Source of the DNA: Alphaproteobacteria bacterium
Lineage (GTDB): Bacteria; Pseudomonadota; Alphaproteobacteria; Bin95
Assembly: GCA_964291285.2 (NCBI GenBank)
Contig: OZ219786.1
Coordinates: 1,120,001-1,184,000 of the forward strand
DNA: 64,000 bases
Direction: 5' to 3'
This document shows positions 10,582 to 21,130 of this stretch, in pieces. Position numbers and translations under genes: made by a program. A model generated the notes under the pieces. It made no database searches. It was not told where the DNA came from and saw only the letters and a program-made list of their open reading frames with translations. Within the stretch, counting starts at the first letter, position 1. The number at the start of each line of letters is the position of its first letter.

Positions 10582-10669
10582 TGCCTCTCCGCCGCCCTCG
10601 CTTCCCGCGCCGGCCGTGCTAGGTTTCCGCTGGCGCGATGCCCGCGCAGCATAGAATAAATCGTCCCCG

Positions 10670-11737
10670 ATGGCCGAAGTTCCCCTCAAGAAGCGCCGCA
10701 GGCCTTACACCTACCTGCTGTTGGCCCTGCCGGTGGCGGTGATCGCCGTCGGCGTCAACGAGGCGATCCACTGGTGGCACAATGTCTATGAGCCGGACGC
10801 CCGGGTTGCGGCGGACTTCACCCTGCTCTCCTCCAGCGTCAATGCCCGCGTCGCGGCGATCCGCGTCCGGAAGGGTGACGTCGTCGAGAAGGGCGCGCCG
10901 CTCGCCGACATGGACGATGTCGTCGCCGGGCTCGACCTCCGCGCGCTTGAAGCGGAGCTGGAAAAGCAGAAGGCCCAGCGCGGCCAGGTGGAAGCGGAAC
11001 TCACGCTCTTCAAGGCGGAGCTGGCCGACAAGATCGCCACCGTCGAGGAGACCGTCCGGCTTCTGCGCCTTGAGCTGGCAACGCTGGAGCGCCGCAAGCA
11101 GATCGCGGAGGACAATCTCAAGCGGAACAGGAGACTCGGCCGCGATGTCGTGCCGCAAAGGCGGATCGACGAGGCGCGCGACGAGCTGCTGGAAATGGAG
11201 AGCAAGCTGCGGGATATCCAGACCCGAATCGCCATGAACCTGCGGGAAGCCGCAGAACTCGCCGGCACCGCCGGGCGGGAACGCCTCTTCCAGACCCGGC
11301 TTGCCGTCATCGACCGGGACATCGACAGGACCGCCGTCGAAGTCGAACAGGCGCGCCGCCGGCTGGAGGACATGCATATCCGCGCCCCGGTCCGCGCCGT
11401 CATCGACGAAGTCCATGTCAATCCGGGAGCCTATGTCGAGGACGGCGACCCGGTATTCCTTATCCACGCGCCCGACCGGGTCTGGATCGAGGCCGATATA
11501 GACGAGTCCGACATCCGCCATATAGAGCCCGGCCAGCCGGTCGCCATCGACTTCGACGCCTGGCCCGACGAGACGCTTGAGGGCCGCGTGCGGGCGATCG
11601 GGCGCACGACCGTCAATGGAAACGAGGCGAACGGCCGCAGCGGCGCGCGCAAGATCCCGGTATTCATCGACATTCCGCCGGTGGAGAAGACCGTCTGGCC
11701 GGGAATGCGCGCCACGGTCAACATCCGCATACGCTGA
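10670..11737 (+). CDS. HlyD/EmrA family efflux membrane-fusion protein
   Basis: N-terminal TM, lipoyl-like halves (VRKGDVVEKG, IRAPVRAVI) around a coiled coil, PGMRATV end. Confidence 0.85.
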   Translation: MAEVPLKKRRRPYTYLLLALPVAVIAVGVNEAIHWWHNVYEPDARVAADFTLLSSSVNARVAAIRVRKGDVVEKGAPLADMDDVVAGLDLRALEAELEKQKAQRGQVEAELTLFKAELADKIATVEETVRLLRLELATLERRKQIAEDNLKRNRRLGRDVVPQRRIDEARDELLEMESKLRDIQTRIAMNLREAAELAGTAGRERLFQTRLAVIDRDIDRTAVEVEQARRRLEDMHIRAPVRAVIDEVHVNPGAYVEDGDPVFLIHAPDRVWIEADIDESDIRHIEPGQPVAIDFDAWPDETLEGRVRAIGRTTVNGNEANGRSGARKIPVFIDIPPVEKTVWPGMRATVNIRIR

Positions 11738-13098
11738 TGGACCTCGCGCGCTTCAGTCCGCGCACGATCATGGCGGCGGCGACCGTGGCCATGCTGGTCC
11801 AGCAGGCCTTCTCCTATGTCTGCCAGATCGCGCTGCCGATCCTGGCCGACCGGATCGCCGAGGACTTCGGCATCTCGAGGGCCTGGCTCGGCTTCTACCT
11901 CTTCCTCCAGAATGTGGCCGCGATCATTGCGGCGGTCGGTTGCGGCGGCTTCATCCTGCGCTACGGGCCGCTCCGGGTAAGCCAGGTGGCCCTGCTGCTG
12001 ATGGGGTCGAGCCTTCTGGTGACGGCGTCGGCGCAACTGTGGCTGTTTCCGCTGGGCGCGCTGCTGCTGGGAGCCGCCTCCGTCTCGACGCCCGCAAGTT
12101 CGCACATCCTGGCGCGGGTGACGCCGCTGCGCCTCGCACCGCTGATCTTCTCGATCAAGCAGACGGGGGTGCCCGTCGGCGCGCTTATCGGCGGCCTGCT
12201 GGTGCCTTTCCTGCTGGCGCTGACCTTCTACTCGGACACGCTCGGCATATCGGTCCGGCTCGGACCTTACGGCGCCTCCTTCGTCACCTGCCTGGTCGTC
12301 TTCGCCGTTATGGTCTCGCTGGAGCCGGTGCGGAGCTTCTTCGACGCCGACCGGCGGCCCGACATGAAGATCGCGTTCGGCGACCTGCCGGCAACGCTCA
12401 GGACGGTGCTGGCGATCCGCCCGCTGCGCGACCTGTCATTCGCGGCCTTCGCCTTCGGCGGCCTGCAATCGCTCTTCTCCGGCTTCTTCATCCTCTTCCT
12501 CATCGACGGGCTGGATTACTCCGAGGCCCAGGCCGGCTCCGCCTTCGCCATCGCGTCCTTCTCCGCCGTCTGGGCGCGCATCCTCTGGGGCGCTCTCGGG
12601 GGCGCCGCCGTGTCGCCGCGCATTATCATGGCCGGCATCGGGCTCGTGGCCGGCCTCTCGGCAGTGGCGATCGCGCTCTACGACGTCAACTGGACCTTCT
12701 GGGAAATCACCGCCGTCGCCGTCGTCTTCAACATGACGGCGCTAAGCTGGCACGGCATCCTGCTGGCGGAGACCGCGCGGCTCGCGCCGGAAGGCCAGGT
12801 CGGCGGCGTCACCGGCGGCGTGCTGGCGTTCACCTCCATCGCCATGATGATCTATCCGGCGCTTTACGGCGGCCTGCTCGCCTGGACAGGCTCCTATGGC
12901 ATCGGCTTCATCCTGGGCGCGGTCCCCTCCTTCGCCGCCTTCGTCATCTTCGTCAATCCGCCGGTGGACGGCGCGTGGACCGGCCTTGCCGCACGGTTCG
13001 GCCGCCAGCTCCTCTCAAGGCGCGCGCTCGCCCGCGCCGGGGCCGTGACCGCGCTCGGCTCCGCACTTGGCGTCGCGCTCAACGCGGCGGGCTGGTAA
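11737..13098 (+). CDS. MFS transporter
   Basis: Multi-TM protein, IFSIKQTGVPVG motif; TGATG coupling with the upstream gene. Confidence 0.85.
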   Translation: MDLARFSPRTIMAAATVAMLVQQAFSYVCQIALPILADRIAEDFGISRAWLGFYLFLQNVAAIIAAVGCGGFILRYGPLRVSQVALLLMGSSLLVTASAQLWLFPLGALLLGAASVSTPASSHILARVTPLRLAPLIFSIKQTGVPVGALIGGLLVPFLLALTFYSDTLGISVRLGPYGASFVTCLVVFAVMVSLEPVRSFFDADRRPDMKIAFGDLPATLRTVLAIRPLRDLSFAAFAFGGLQSLFSGFFILFLIDGLDYSEAQAGSAFAIASFSAVWARILWGALGGAAVSPRIIMAGIGLVAGLSAVAIALYDVNWTFWEITAVAVVFNMTALSWHGILLAETARLAPEGQVGGVTGGVLAFTSIAMMIYPALYGGLLAWTGSYGIGFILGAVPSFAAFVIFVNPPVDGAWTGLAARFGRQLLSRRALARAGAVTALGSALGVALNAAGW

Positions 13099-13891
13099 CG
13101 CGGTCGAGGAAGGACAGCAGCGGCGCGTTGAAAGCCTCCGGCGCCTCGACATTCGAGAAATGGCGCAGCCCCGGCAGCATGACCAGCTCGGCCCCGGAAA
13201 TACCGTCGCGGAGCTCCTCCGCGCGCGCGGGCGGCGTCACCGGGTCGTCGCCCGCGCCCAGCACCAGGACCGGGCAGGAGATCCGGTCCAGCCGGTCCAG
13301 ATAGTCGAGCTCGGCGACGGCCGAGGTGCCCGCCAGATAGCCGGTAATGTCCGTCGCGTTGAAGACATCGCGAATGGCCGCGTAGTCCGGCCCGGCGGCG
13401 TCCGCATAGTCGTCGGAGAACCAGAGTTTGTGGGTCATGTCCCACACCGGCGCCATGCCCGACGCGCGCACGACCGCCTGGCGCTCGACCACCCACCGGC
13501 GGTACCAGGGCGTCGCGCGCGCCATCGTGTTGCAGAGCGCGGCGGCGCGCACGCGGTCGGGATGCCCGATGGCGACGCCCTGAGCGATCATGCCGCCGGT
13601 GGAAATGCCGACGAATGTCACCTGCCCGATCCCGAGCGCGTCCATGACGCCCACGGCATCGGCGACGAAGCCGTCCAGCGAATAGGGCCCTTCCGGGGCA
13701 GCGCTGGCGCCGTGGCCGCGCCAGTCGTAGAGCAGCAGCCGGTAGCGGCCGGAAAGCGCCGGCGCCTGCCGGTCCCATATGCGGTGGCTGGTGCCCATGG
13801 CGTGCGCCATCATCACGACGGGGCCGTCCACCGGTCCTTCCCAGCGATAGAAGAAGCGGTTCCCGCCGGTCTCGACATACCCCTCCGTCAC
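13079..13891 (-). CDS. Alpha/beta hydrolase (3-oxoadipate enol-lactonase-like)
   Basis: YDWRGHGAS, GISTGG nucleophile elbow, HFSNVEAP. Confidence 0.82.
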   Translation of the reverse strand: MTEGYVETGGNRFFYRWEGPVDGPVVMMAHAMGTSHRIWDRQAPALSGRYRLLLYDWRGHGASAAPEGPYSLDGFVADAVGVMDALGIGQVTFVGISTGGMIAQGVAIGHPDRVRAAALCNTMARATPWYRRWVVERQAVVRASGMAPVWDMTHKLWFSDDYADAAGPDYAAIRDVFNATDITGYLAGTSAVAELDYLDRLDRISCPVLVLGAGDDPVTPPARAEELRDGISGAELVMLPGLRHFSNVEAPEAFNAPLLSFLDRVTSPPR

Positions 13892-15003
13892 CGGTCGATC
13901 CTGTAGGCTTCGACTCTGTCCGGGTCGAGGCGGATGCCGAAGCCTGGCCGGTCCGGCACATGCAGGCGGCCGTCCCTGAGTTCGGGCGGGTCGAGCCACA
14001 TGCCGGGCCAGATCGGGTCGCGCTCCGGATCCGCAAAGCACTCGACAGCAAAGCTGTTGGAGGCGCCGGCCAGCAGGTGGAGCGCGATCTGCGGCTCCTC
14101 ATGGTGGGTCATCCGCACATCGTGCAGCCGGCAGACCGCAGCCGCATCCAGCCACGCCGTCGGCCCGCCCGCTTCCGAAGCGTCGATATTGACCATATCG
14201 ACGGCCCCCGCCTCCACCAGCCGGCGCGCGCCGTGCGCGGTGATTTCGCTCTGGCCGGCATTGACGGGAATGGACGTCTTGTTGCGCAGGGCCGCCATTG
14301 CCGACACGTCGTCGAACCAGTGGCACGGTTCCTCGAACCAGGCGATGTCGAGCGGCTCCACCAGCCGCGCAAAGCGTTCGGCATCGCGCAGGTCCCAGCC
14401 CCGGTTCGCGTCCACTGCCAGCATGAAGTCCGGTCCGGCGCCCTCCCGGCAGACCGTCACGCGCTCCGCGTCCTCCTCGGGCGAAAGGCCGCCCACCTTC
14501 ACCTTGCAGCCCGCCATGCCCCATTCCTGCAACTGGCGCATTTCCCGGCCCAGATCGTCCAGCGTCTTGCCCTCCTCGTAGTAGCCTCCGATGGAGAAGA
14601 TCGGGAGCGAGTCGCGCGCGCCGCCCATCAGGCGCGCGACGCTGACGCCGTAGATGCGCCCAAGGCCGTCCCAGACCGCGCTGTCCACGCAGGCAATCGC
14701 CTCCAGCAGCAGCTTGGGAGCCATGGCCGCGCCGGGCACGCGGGCGAACATCCCGTCATAGTGCCGGCGCCAGTCGCGCAGGTCCCTGCCCACCACCAGC
14801 GGCGCCAGGACGTCTTCCACCAGCCGCGCGACCTCGCGGCCTTCGGAGCGGTTGTCGCCGTTATAGACTTCCGCAGTCGGTCCGTCCCTGACCGTCAGCC
14901 GGGTGACGACCGTGCAGCGGGTCGGCACTGCATAGGTGCTGCCGCCGAAGACCCGCGACAGCGGAATTTCTATCGGTATCGCTTCGATTCGCTCGACGAT
15001 CAT
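13888..15003 (-). CDS. Mandelate racemase/muconate lactonizing enzyme family protein
   Basis: KVKVG (KxK), VDANRGW, WFEEP, GQSE metal ligands, PDRPGFGI. Confidence 0.9.
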   Translation of the reverse strand: MIVERIEAIPIEIPLSRVFGGSTYAVPTRCTVVTRLTVRDGPTAEVYNGDNRSEGREVARLVEDVLAPLVVGRDLRDWRRHYDGMFARVPGAAMAPKLLLEAIACVDSAVWDGLGRIYGVSVARLMGGARDSLPIFSIGGYYEEGKTLDDLGREMRQLQEWGMAGCKVKVGGLSPEEDAERVTVCREGAGPDFMLAVDANRGWDLRDAERFARLVEPLDIAWFEEPCHWFDDVSAMAALRNKTSIPVNAGQSEITAHGARRLVEAGAVDMVNIDASEAGGPTAWLDAAAVCRLHDVRMTHHEEPQIALHLLAGASNSFAVECFADPERDPIWPGMWLDPPELRDGRLHVPDRPGFGIRLDPDRVEAYRIDR

Positions 15004-15074
15004 GCAGGCCGCCTCCGGCAGACAGGGAACGGAGCGGAGTTTGCAAGCTTGCATCCCCCCTGTCTAATGGCCGC

Positions 15075-16370
15075 ATGAGCGGGGCGGCCAAAGCGGGGAT
15101 CGATCTGGGGACCTGCTACCGGTTTTTCATTCCGCTCATCTTCATGACCGAACTCAACATGATCTCGAAATCGGTCATCAATGCGTTCCTCGCGCGAATG
15201 GACGACAGCAGCATCGTGCTGGCGGCCTTCCACAGCGCCTTCACGCTCTACTACTCGATCGCCAGCGGCACCGAGGTCTGCTCCCTCCTGACGCTCTCCT
15301 ACATGCGCACCCGCCGGGCCCTCGGCCACCTGCTGCGGTTCATGGTCGTCATTGTCGCGATTCCCTGGGCCGTGGCACAATTGCTGGCTTTCACGCCGCT
15401 CGGCGACCTCGCATTCCGGATATTGTTCGGCATCAGCGACGCCGCGGTCGCCGAGGCGAAGACGGCAACCTTCCTGCTGTCGTTGAGCGCGCCGATCCTG
15501 ATTTGCCGGTCGATCGCCTTCGGCCTGCTGATGATCGGCCAGAAAACGATCTTCATCACCTGGGCGACGGTCGCGCGGCTGGGTTCGCTCGCCGGCTCGC
15601 TCGTCGTGCTGCCGCTCGTGCTGGAAGGCGCCGCGGTCGGCGCCGGAGCGCTGGTCTTCGCCATGTTCAGCGAGACAGTCGTCGCCGTCTTCTTCGCCCG
15701 GCGCATCTATGCCGGCCTGCCCGAGCACGGCGAACGGCCGCCGAGCGTCAGGGCGCAATGGCGGTTTTCCTGGCCGCTCATGCTGAACTCCTCGGCCGAG
15801 ATGGGCATGGTCTTCGCCATCAGCGTGTTTCTCGGCCGCCTTCCCGATCCCGACCTGGCGCTCGCCGCATTCGCAATCGTGTACGGTCTGGCGGGTCTGA
15901 TGCTGAGCCCGCTGCGCAACCTTGTGCAGAGCGCCCAGACGCTTGTGCGCCACGCGGACGACCGGCGGGTGATCCTGAAATTCGCCGGGCAGCAGATGCT
16001 GTTCTTCGGGGCCGTGGCCGTGGTCCTGTTTCACACGCCGCTGGACCGCCTGGTGCTTTCCGAAGCCATGGGCCTCGAACCGGTGCTCGAGGCTTATTGC
16101 GCGCCAGCCATGCATATCGCCTTCGTCATGGCCGCCTTCTGGGGCCTGTCTGCTGTCTTCCGCGGCCTTCTGGCGGGTGCGAGGGTCACGCGCGCACTCG
16201 CTGTATCGGGCGTCGCCCGCGTGGCCGCCGCGGCACTCGTCGCAGCAGCGGGGCTTCTGATGCCCGGTGGCAACGGCGCCGTCATCGGCCTTGCCGCCTG
16301 GATGGCTGGCTATGGCGCGGAGGCCGCCATTCTGGCGCTCCGGGTGCGCCGGCTCGGACCGCCGGGCTAG
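15075..16370 (+). CDS. MATE/ANKH-like (MOP superfamily) membrane transporter
   Basis: About 12 TM in two related halves (FFIPL...LAAF and FSWPL...LAAF). Confidence 0.6.
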   Translation: MSGAAKAGIDLGTCYRFFIPLIFMTELNMISKSVINAFLARMDDSSIVLAAFHSAFTLYYSIASGTEVCSLLTLSYMRTRRALGHLLRFMVVIVAIPWAVAQLLAFTPLGDLAFRILFGISDAAVAEAKTATFLLSLSAPILICRSIAFGLLMIGQKTIFITWATVARLGSLAGSLVVLPLVLEGAAVGAGALVFAMFSETVVAVFFARRIYAGLPEHGERPPSVRAQWRFSWPLMLNSSAEMGMVFAISVFLGRLPDPDLALAAFAIVYGLAGLMLSPLRNLVQSAQTLVRHADDRRVILKFAGQQMLFFGAVAVVLFHTPLDRLVLSEAMGLEPVLEAYCAPAMHIAFVMAAFWGLSAVFRGLLAGARVTRALAVSGVARVAAAALVAAAGLLMPGGNGAVIGLAAWMAGYGAEAAILALRVRRLGPPG

Positions 16371-16494
16371 ATGTGGAGCGTAGTCGGCACCGATGGTGCC
16401 GCCTTCCGGTGCGGGCCGGAAACCGCCGCCCCGGCAGGCGGCCGCTATCCGCATCCCGGCCTCGCACCCGCCGCCGGAACGGGAACACCCATCG

Positions 16495-17060
16495 AACATG
16501 TCATCAGATGTCATGTTTTGTCATGCGGGCCCGGCAGGACACCCTGCAATGTGTCATGAGATGTCATGATCTGCATGCGCACGGTGCATATCCCGTAGCC
16601 TGTTCGGGCATGAGCTCCGGCCCTCCTTCACTCTCCTTCACTTGTGAGGGAGACCCTCTCTCGATCCGGCAAGGTCTTTTCGAGCCGCACGGCCGCTGGC
16701 CCTCTCCCGGCCTCTCCTGGAGGCGGGAGAGGCGAGTTCGAGCGTCCTGCCGACTTTCTCGAAGCCGCATCCGTCAGCGCCCCGCATATTGTTCCCTCAT
16801 TCCGTTTCGTTCCACTCCGTTCCGTTCTTCCCGCCGTCCGGTTGCCGAAGCGGCAGGACCCTGATTCGCGCATATCCTGCGCGGGCGCGCCCGCGTGGCC
16901 GCCGGCGTGCGTTTCTCAGGGGTTTTTTCACGCCGGCGCGACAGGCGAAACGAAACGGCTTCGCGAATGCCGCTTCCTTCCTCCTGCTACCTATAATAAT
17001 ACAATTTTCCTTAGATCAATTCATTATGAGAAATATTACCAAAAAATCAGGAATTGAGAT
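16495..17060 (-). repeat. Dispersed intergenic element, copy B
   Basis: Minus strand: TTGATC-N15-TATTAT, hairpin, AAAAAACCCC, GATATGCGCGAATCAGGGTCCTGCCGC, CATGCCCGAACAGGCTACGGGATATGC, two clusters of CATGACA boxes; boundaries approximate. Confidence 0.78.
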
Positions 17061-17227
17061 CCGGCTTCATTGCGCGATTCAATCTGCAAGGCTCGAATGC
17101 AGGGCCCAGCCTCCGTTCCAGCGGCAGCTTCAGCGGTTGAGCCTGCTCTCCACCGGCTGCGGCAGTGGCGCGAGTCAGGGCCGGACCCCGATCAAGTCCG
17201 GGGCGACGAGCGCTTGCGCCGGCCGCC

Positions 17228-19108
17228 CTATCCCTCCGGGTGGAAGTGGTCGTAGAGGCGTTTTGCGACCGTCTTCGAGATGCCCGGCACGGCCAGCAGG
17301 TCCTCGAAGCCCGCGCCCTCGACGCCGCGCGCGGAGCCGAAATGGTGCAGGAGGGCCCGTTTCCGCGCCGCGCCGATGCCGGCCACCTCGTCCAGCGGCG
17401 ACTGCCGGACGGCCTTCGCGCGCCGGGCGCGGTGGGTGCCGATGGCAAAACGGTGCGCCTCGTCGCGCAGGCGCTGCAGGAAATGCAGCGCGGGGTCGTG
17501 CTCCGGCAGCGAGAAGGGCGGCTTCTCCGCGGTGAAGAAGCGCTCGCGCCCGGCATTGCGGTCCGGCCCCTTGGCGATGGCGGCGAGCGGCAGGTCCTCG
17601 ATGCCGAGCTCGGCGAGCACGCTCTGCGCGGAGGAAAGCTGGCCCGCGCCGCCGTCGATCAGCACGAGGTCCGGCCATGAGCCGCCGGCGCGCTCCGGGT
17701 CCTCCTTCAGCGCGCGCGAGAAGCGCCGGCGGAGCACCTCGCGCATCATGGCGAAATCGTCGCCGGGCGCGGCGTCGCCCTTGATGTTGAACTTGCGGTA
17801 GGCGTTGCGGACGAGGCCTTCCGGTCCGGCGACGATCATGCCGCCGACCGCGTTCCGGCCCTGGATATGGCTGTTGTCATAGACCTCGATCCGCTCCGGC
17901 GGGCCTTCGAGGTCGAAGAGCCCGGCCACGCGCCCGAGCAGGTCGCGCTGGGTCGCGTTCTCGGCCGAGCGGCGGGTGAGCGCGTCGCGGGCGTTGGCGA
18001 GCGCATGGTCGACCAGCTTGCGCTTGGCCCCGCGCATCGGCCAGCGCAGATCGATGCGGCGGCCCGCCTTGAGGCTCAGCGCCTCGGCGAGCAGCGCGTC
18101 TTCTGCCGGGCGCGCGCTCAGCAGGATGCGGCGCGGCGGCGGCTTGTTGGAGTAGAACTGCCCGACGAACGCCGCGAGGAACTGGGGCGGGTCGTAGTGG
18201 CGGCTGCCGGTCGGGAAGTAGGCGCGGTTGCCGAAATTCTGCCCGGCGCGGAAGAAGAACACCTGGATGCAGGCCTGCCCGCCGTCGAAATGGGCCGCGA
18301 TCACGTCCGCGTCTCCGACCCCCTCCACATTGATGTCCTGGTGCGCCTGCACGCGGGTCAGCGCCCGGATGCGGTCCCGGTAGAGCGCCGCCGTCTCGAA
18401 CTCCAGCGCGTCGCTCGCCGCCTGCATCCGCTCCGAGAACGCCTGCTGGACGGACTGGCTCCGGCCGGAGAGGAAAGCGCGCGCCTCGGCGATGGCCGCC
18501 TCGTAGTCCTCCGGCGACACGCGCCCGACGCAGGGCGCCGAGCAGCGCTTGATCTGGTAGAGCAGGCAGGGCCGGGTGCGGCTGCGGAACACGGCGTCGG
18601 AACAGGACCTGAGCAGGAAGGCGCGCTGGAGCGCTGTCAGGGTCCGGTTCACCGCGCCCGCCGAGGCGAACGGGCCGAAATACTCCCCCGGCCGCGAGCG
18701 CGCGCCCCGGTGCTTGAGGATGCGCGGCCATTCGTGGTCCCGCGCGATCAGGATATGCGGGAAGCTCTTGTCGTCCCGCAGCAGCACATTGTAGCGGGGG
18801 CGCAACTCCTTGATGAGATTGATCTCCAGGAGCAGCGCCTCGACCTCCGTGTGCGTGGTCACCACCTCCATGGAGGCGGTCTCGGAGATCATGCGGCGGA
18901 TGCGGTAGGGCTGGTTGTCGGGCCGGACATAGGCCGTGACGCGCCGGCGCAGCGACCGCGCCTTGCCGACATAGAGCACCTGCCCGCGCCGGTCGATCAT
19001 GCGGTAGACGCCGGGCGTGAGCGGCATGACGCGCAGATGCCGGCGGATGGCCTCTACGCCTCCGGCCAGCCGCTGCGGAGCCTCCGGTTCGCTCTGTTCT
19101 TCCGCCAT
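17228..19108 (-). CDS. uvrC: Excinuclease ABC subunit C
   Basis: PGVYRM...[42 protein letters not shown]-terminal HhH. Confidence 0.97.
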   Translation of the reverse strand: MAEEQSEPEAPQRLAGGVEAIRRHLRVMPLTPGVYRMIDRRGQVLYVGKARSLRRRVTAYVRPDNQPYRIRRMISETASMEVVTTHTEVEALLLEINLIKELRPRYNVLLRDDKSFPHILIARDHEWPRILKHRGARSRPGEYFGPFASAGAVNRTLTALQRAFLLRSCSDAVFRSRTRPCLLYQIKRCSAPCVGRVSPEDYEAAIAEARAFLSGRSQSVQQAFSERMQAASDALEFETAALYRDRIRALTRVQAHQDINVEGVGDADVIAAHFDGGQACIQVFFFRAGQNFGNRAYFPTGSRHYDPPQFLAAFVGQFYSNKPPPRRILLSARPAEDALLAEALSLKAGRRIDLRWPMRGAKRKLVDHALANARDALTRRSAENATQRDLLGRVAGLFDLEGPPERIEVYDNSHIQGRNAVGGMIVAGPEGLVRNAYRKFNIKGDAAPGDDFAMMREVLRRRFSRALKEDPERAGGSWPDLVLIDGGAGQLSSAQSVLAELGIEDLPLAAIAKGPDRNAGRERFFTAEKPPFSLPEHDPALHFLQRLRDEAHRFAIGTHRARRAKAVRQSPLDEVAGIGAARKRALLHHFGSARGVEGAGFEDLLAVPGISKTVAKRLYDHFHPEG

Positions 19109-19112
19109 GCGC

Positions 19113-20057
19113 CTATCCCGCGCCGGCCGACGGTCCATACTCGACGAGAACATAGGCGGCATAGACCGCCAGGAACAGGAGGCCCGCCGGACGCCCGAAC
19201 CGGCCCCGGAACATCAGCCAGGAGACGAGCGCAACCGTCGCGGCCAGCATCACCCACACGGCGATGTCGAGCAGATGCCCCGGAATGTCGAGCGGGTGGA
19301 CGGTCGCGACCACGCCGCCAATGGCCAGCAGGTTGAAGATATTGGCGCCCAGCACGTTGCCCACCGCAACCTCGGGATGGCGGCGATAGGCGGAGACGAC
19401 CGCCGTGGCGAGCTCCGGCAGCGAGGTGCCGACGGCAACCACGGTGACGCCGATCACGGCTTCCGAAACGCCGATCACGCGGGCGAGGCCGATGGCGCCC
19501 TCGACCAGCAGGTTCGAGCCCGCAATGACGCAGCCGAGGCCGATGGCGAGCGTGCCGAGCACCATCCAGAGCGGCTTGTCCGTCGCCGTCTCCTCCACCT
19601 CGGGCGCGCCGTGGCCGCTCCGGGCGCGCCGGTAGGAGACCACGGTGAACGCTGCGAGGCACACCAGCAGCAGCACCCCGTCGAACAGGCTCAGGCTGCC
19701 GGTCAATGCGAGCCCAAGAAACAGGAGCGTCACACCCATGACCACGCAGCCCTCGAAGCGGACTTCGCGCGGCTCCACCGCCAGCGGATAGACGCAGGCC
19801 GCCGCGCCCAGGATCAGGAGCAGGTTGCAGATATTGCTGCCGACGATGTTGCCGATGGCGATGCCCGGCGCGCCACGGAACGCCGCCTCGAGGCTCACGA
19901 ACAGCTCCGGCATGGTCGTGCAATAGGCGACCACGGTAAGCCCGACGATCAGCGGCGAGACCCCCAGCCGGGCCGCAAGCTGCACCGCGCCCCGCACCAG
20001 GAATTCCGCCCCGCCGAGGAGAAGCACGAAGCCGCCGAGCAGTTGAAGGTAGATCAT
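19113..20057 (-). CDS. Calcium/sodium antiporter (YrbG/CaCA family)
   Basis: TTMPEL and GTSLPEL alpha repeats, [10 protein letters not shown] and [10 protein letters not shown]. Confidence 0.92.
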   Translation of the reverse strand: MIYLQLLGGFVLLLGGAEFLVRGAVQLAARLGVSPLIVGLTVVAYCTTMPELFVSLEAAFRGAPGIAIGNIVGSNICNLLLILGAAACVYPLAVEPREVRFEGCVVMGVTLLFLGLALTGSLSLFDGVLLLVCLAAFTVVSYRRARSGHGAPEVEETATDKPLWMVLGTLAIGLGCVIAGSNLLVEGAIGLARVIGVSEAVIGVTVVAVGTSLPELATAVVSAYRRHPEVAVGNVLGANIFNLLAIGGVVATVHPLDIPGHLLDIAVWVMLAATVALVSWLMFRGRFGRPAGLLFLAVYAAYVLVEYGPSAGAG

Positions 20058-20185
20058 GAAGGGGTCTGCTTGGCCTGAAACGGGGAAGGAAGAAGCGCGG
20101 ACACAGCGGCCGGCCACTACGCCGCGTCGCGGACAGGGTTTATCATGGCGTCGGGCGTCACGCGAATGACGCGGACGAGGAGGGA

Positions 20186-21130
20186 ATGACGACGATGAGC
20201 CTGCCGCTGGACGACCGGACGCGCTTCGGGCTGATGACGCGCCTGCCGACGCCGGAGCTTGCCCGCAAGACGGTCGGGCTGCTGGACCGGCTGGAATTCG
20301 ACTCGATCTGGGTCGGCGATCATCTGGCCTTCACCTCGCCGATCCTGGACCCGTTCGTGCAGCTTTCCTATGCGGCCGCCCTGTCTTCGCGGCTCACCGT
20401 CGGAAGCGCCGTCTATCTGTTGCCGATGCGCCATCCGGCGGGGGTGGCGAAACAGGCGGCCTCGCTCGACCATCTGGCAGAAGGCCGGTTCGTCTTCGGC
20501 ATCGGCGTCGGGGGTGAGTTTCCGCCCGAATGGGAGCTTGCCGGCGTGCCGCACGGCGAGCGCGGCGCGCGCATGACCGAGTCCATCGAGGTGCTGCGCA
20601 AGCTCTGGACGGGCGAGCCGGTTGCCCATGAAGGCCGGTTCTTCCCCTTTTCGGAAGTCCACATGCAGCCGGCGGCGTTCACGCCCGGCGGGCCGCCAAT
20701 CTGGTGCGGCGGGCGCCAGCCGGCGGCGCTCAGGCGCGCCGGCCGGATGGCCGACGGCTACATGTCCTACGTCATCACGCCGGAGATGTTCTCGGACGCG
20801 CTCGACACCATCGCCACGGCGGCCGAAGAGGCTGGCCGCCAGGTCGGGACCTTCGGCACGTCCCACCTGCTCTTCTGCTGCATCGACGAGACCTATGAGA
20901 AGGCGCTCGACCGGGCGGCGGACCTGCTCTCGAAGCGCTATGCGATGGACTTCCGCAGGCCGGCCCGGCGCTATGCGGCGCTCGGCACGCCCGCCGACAT
21001 CGCGGAGAAGATCGCCGCCTTCCACAAGGCGGGCGTGCGCCACTTCAACCTCGACTTCATCGGCGACCAGCCCATGCGCATCGAGGGCCTGCACCGCTTC
21101 GCCGAAGAGGTCCGCCCGCTCATCGCCTGA
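20186..21130 (+). CDS. LLM class flavin-dependent oxidoreductase
   Basis: FDSIWVGDH, AKQAASLDHLAEGRFVFGIGVG, PIWCGG. Confidence 0.9.
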   Translation: MTTMSLPLDDRTRFGLMTRLPTPELARKTVGLLDRLEFDSIWVGDHLAFTSPILDPFVQLSYAAALSSRLTVGSAVYLLPMRHPAGVAKQAASLDHLAEGRFVFGIGVGGEFPPEWELAGVPHGERGARMTESIEVLRKLWTGEPVAHEGRFFPFSEVHMQPAAFTPGGPPIWCGGRQPAALRRAGRMADGYMSYVITPEMFSDALDTIATAAEEAGRQVGTFGTSHLLFCCIDETYEKALDRAADLLSKRYAMDFRRPARRYAALGTPADIAEKIAAFHKAGVRHFNLDFIGDQPMRIEGLHRFAEEVRPLIA

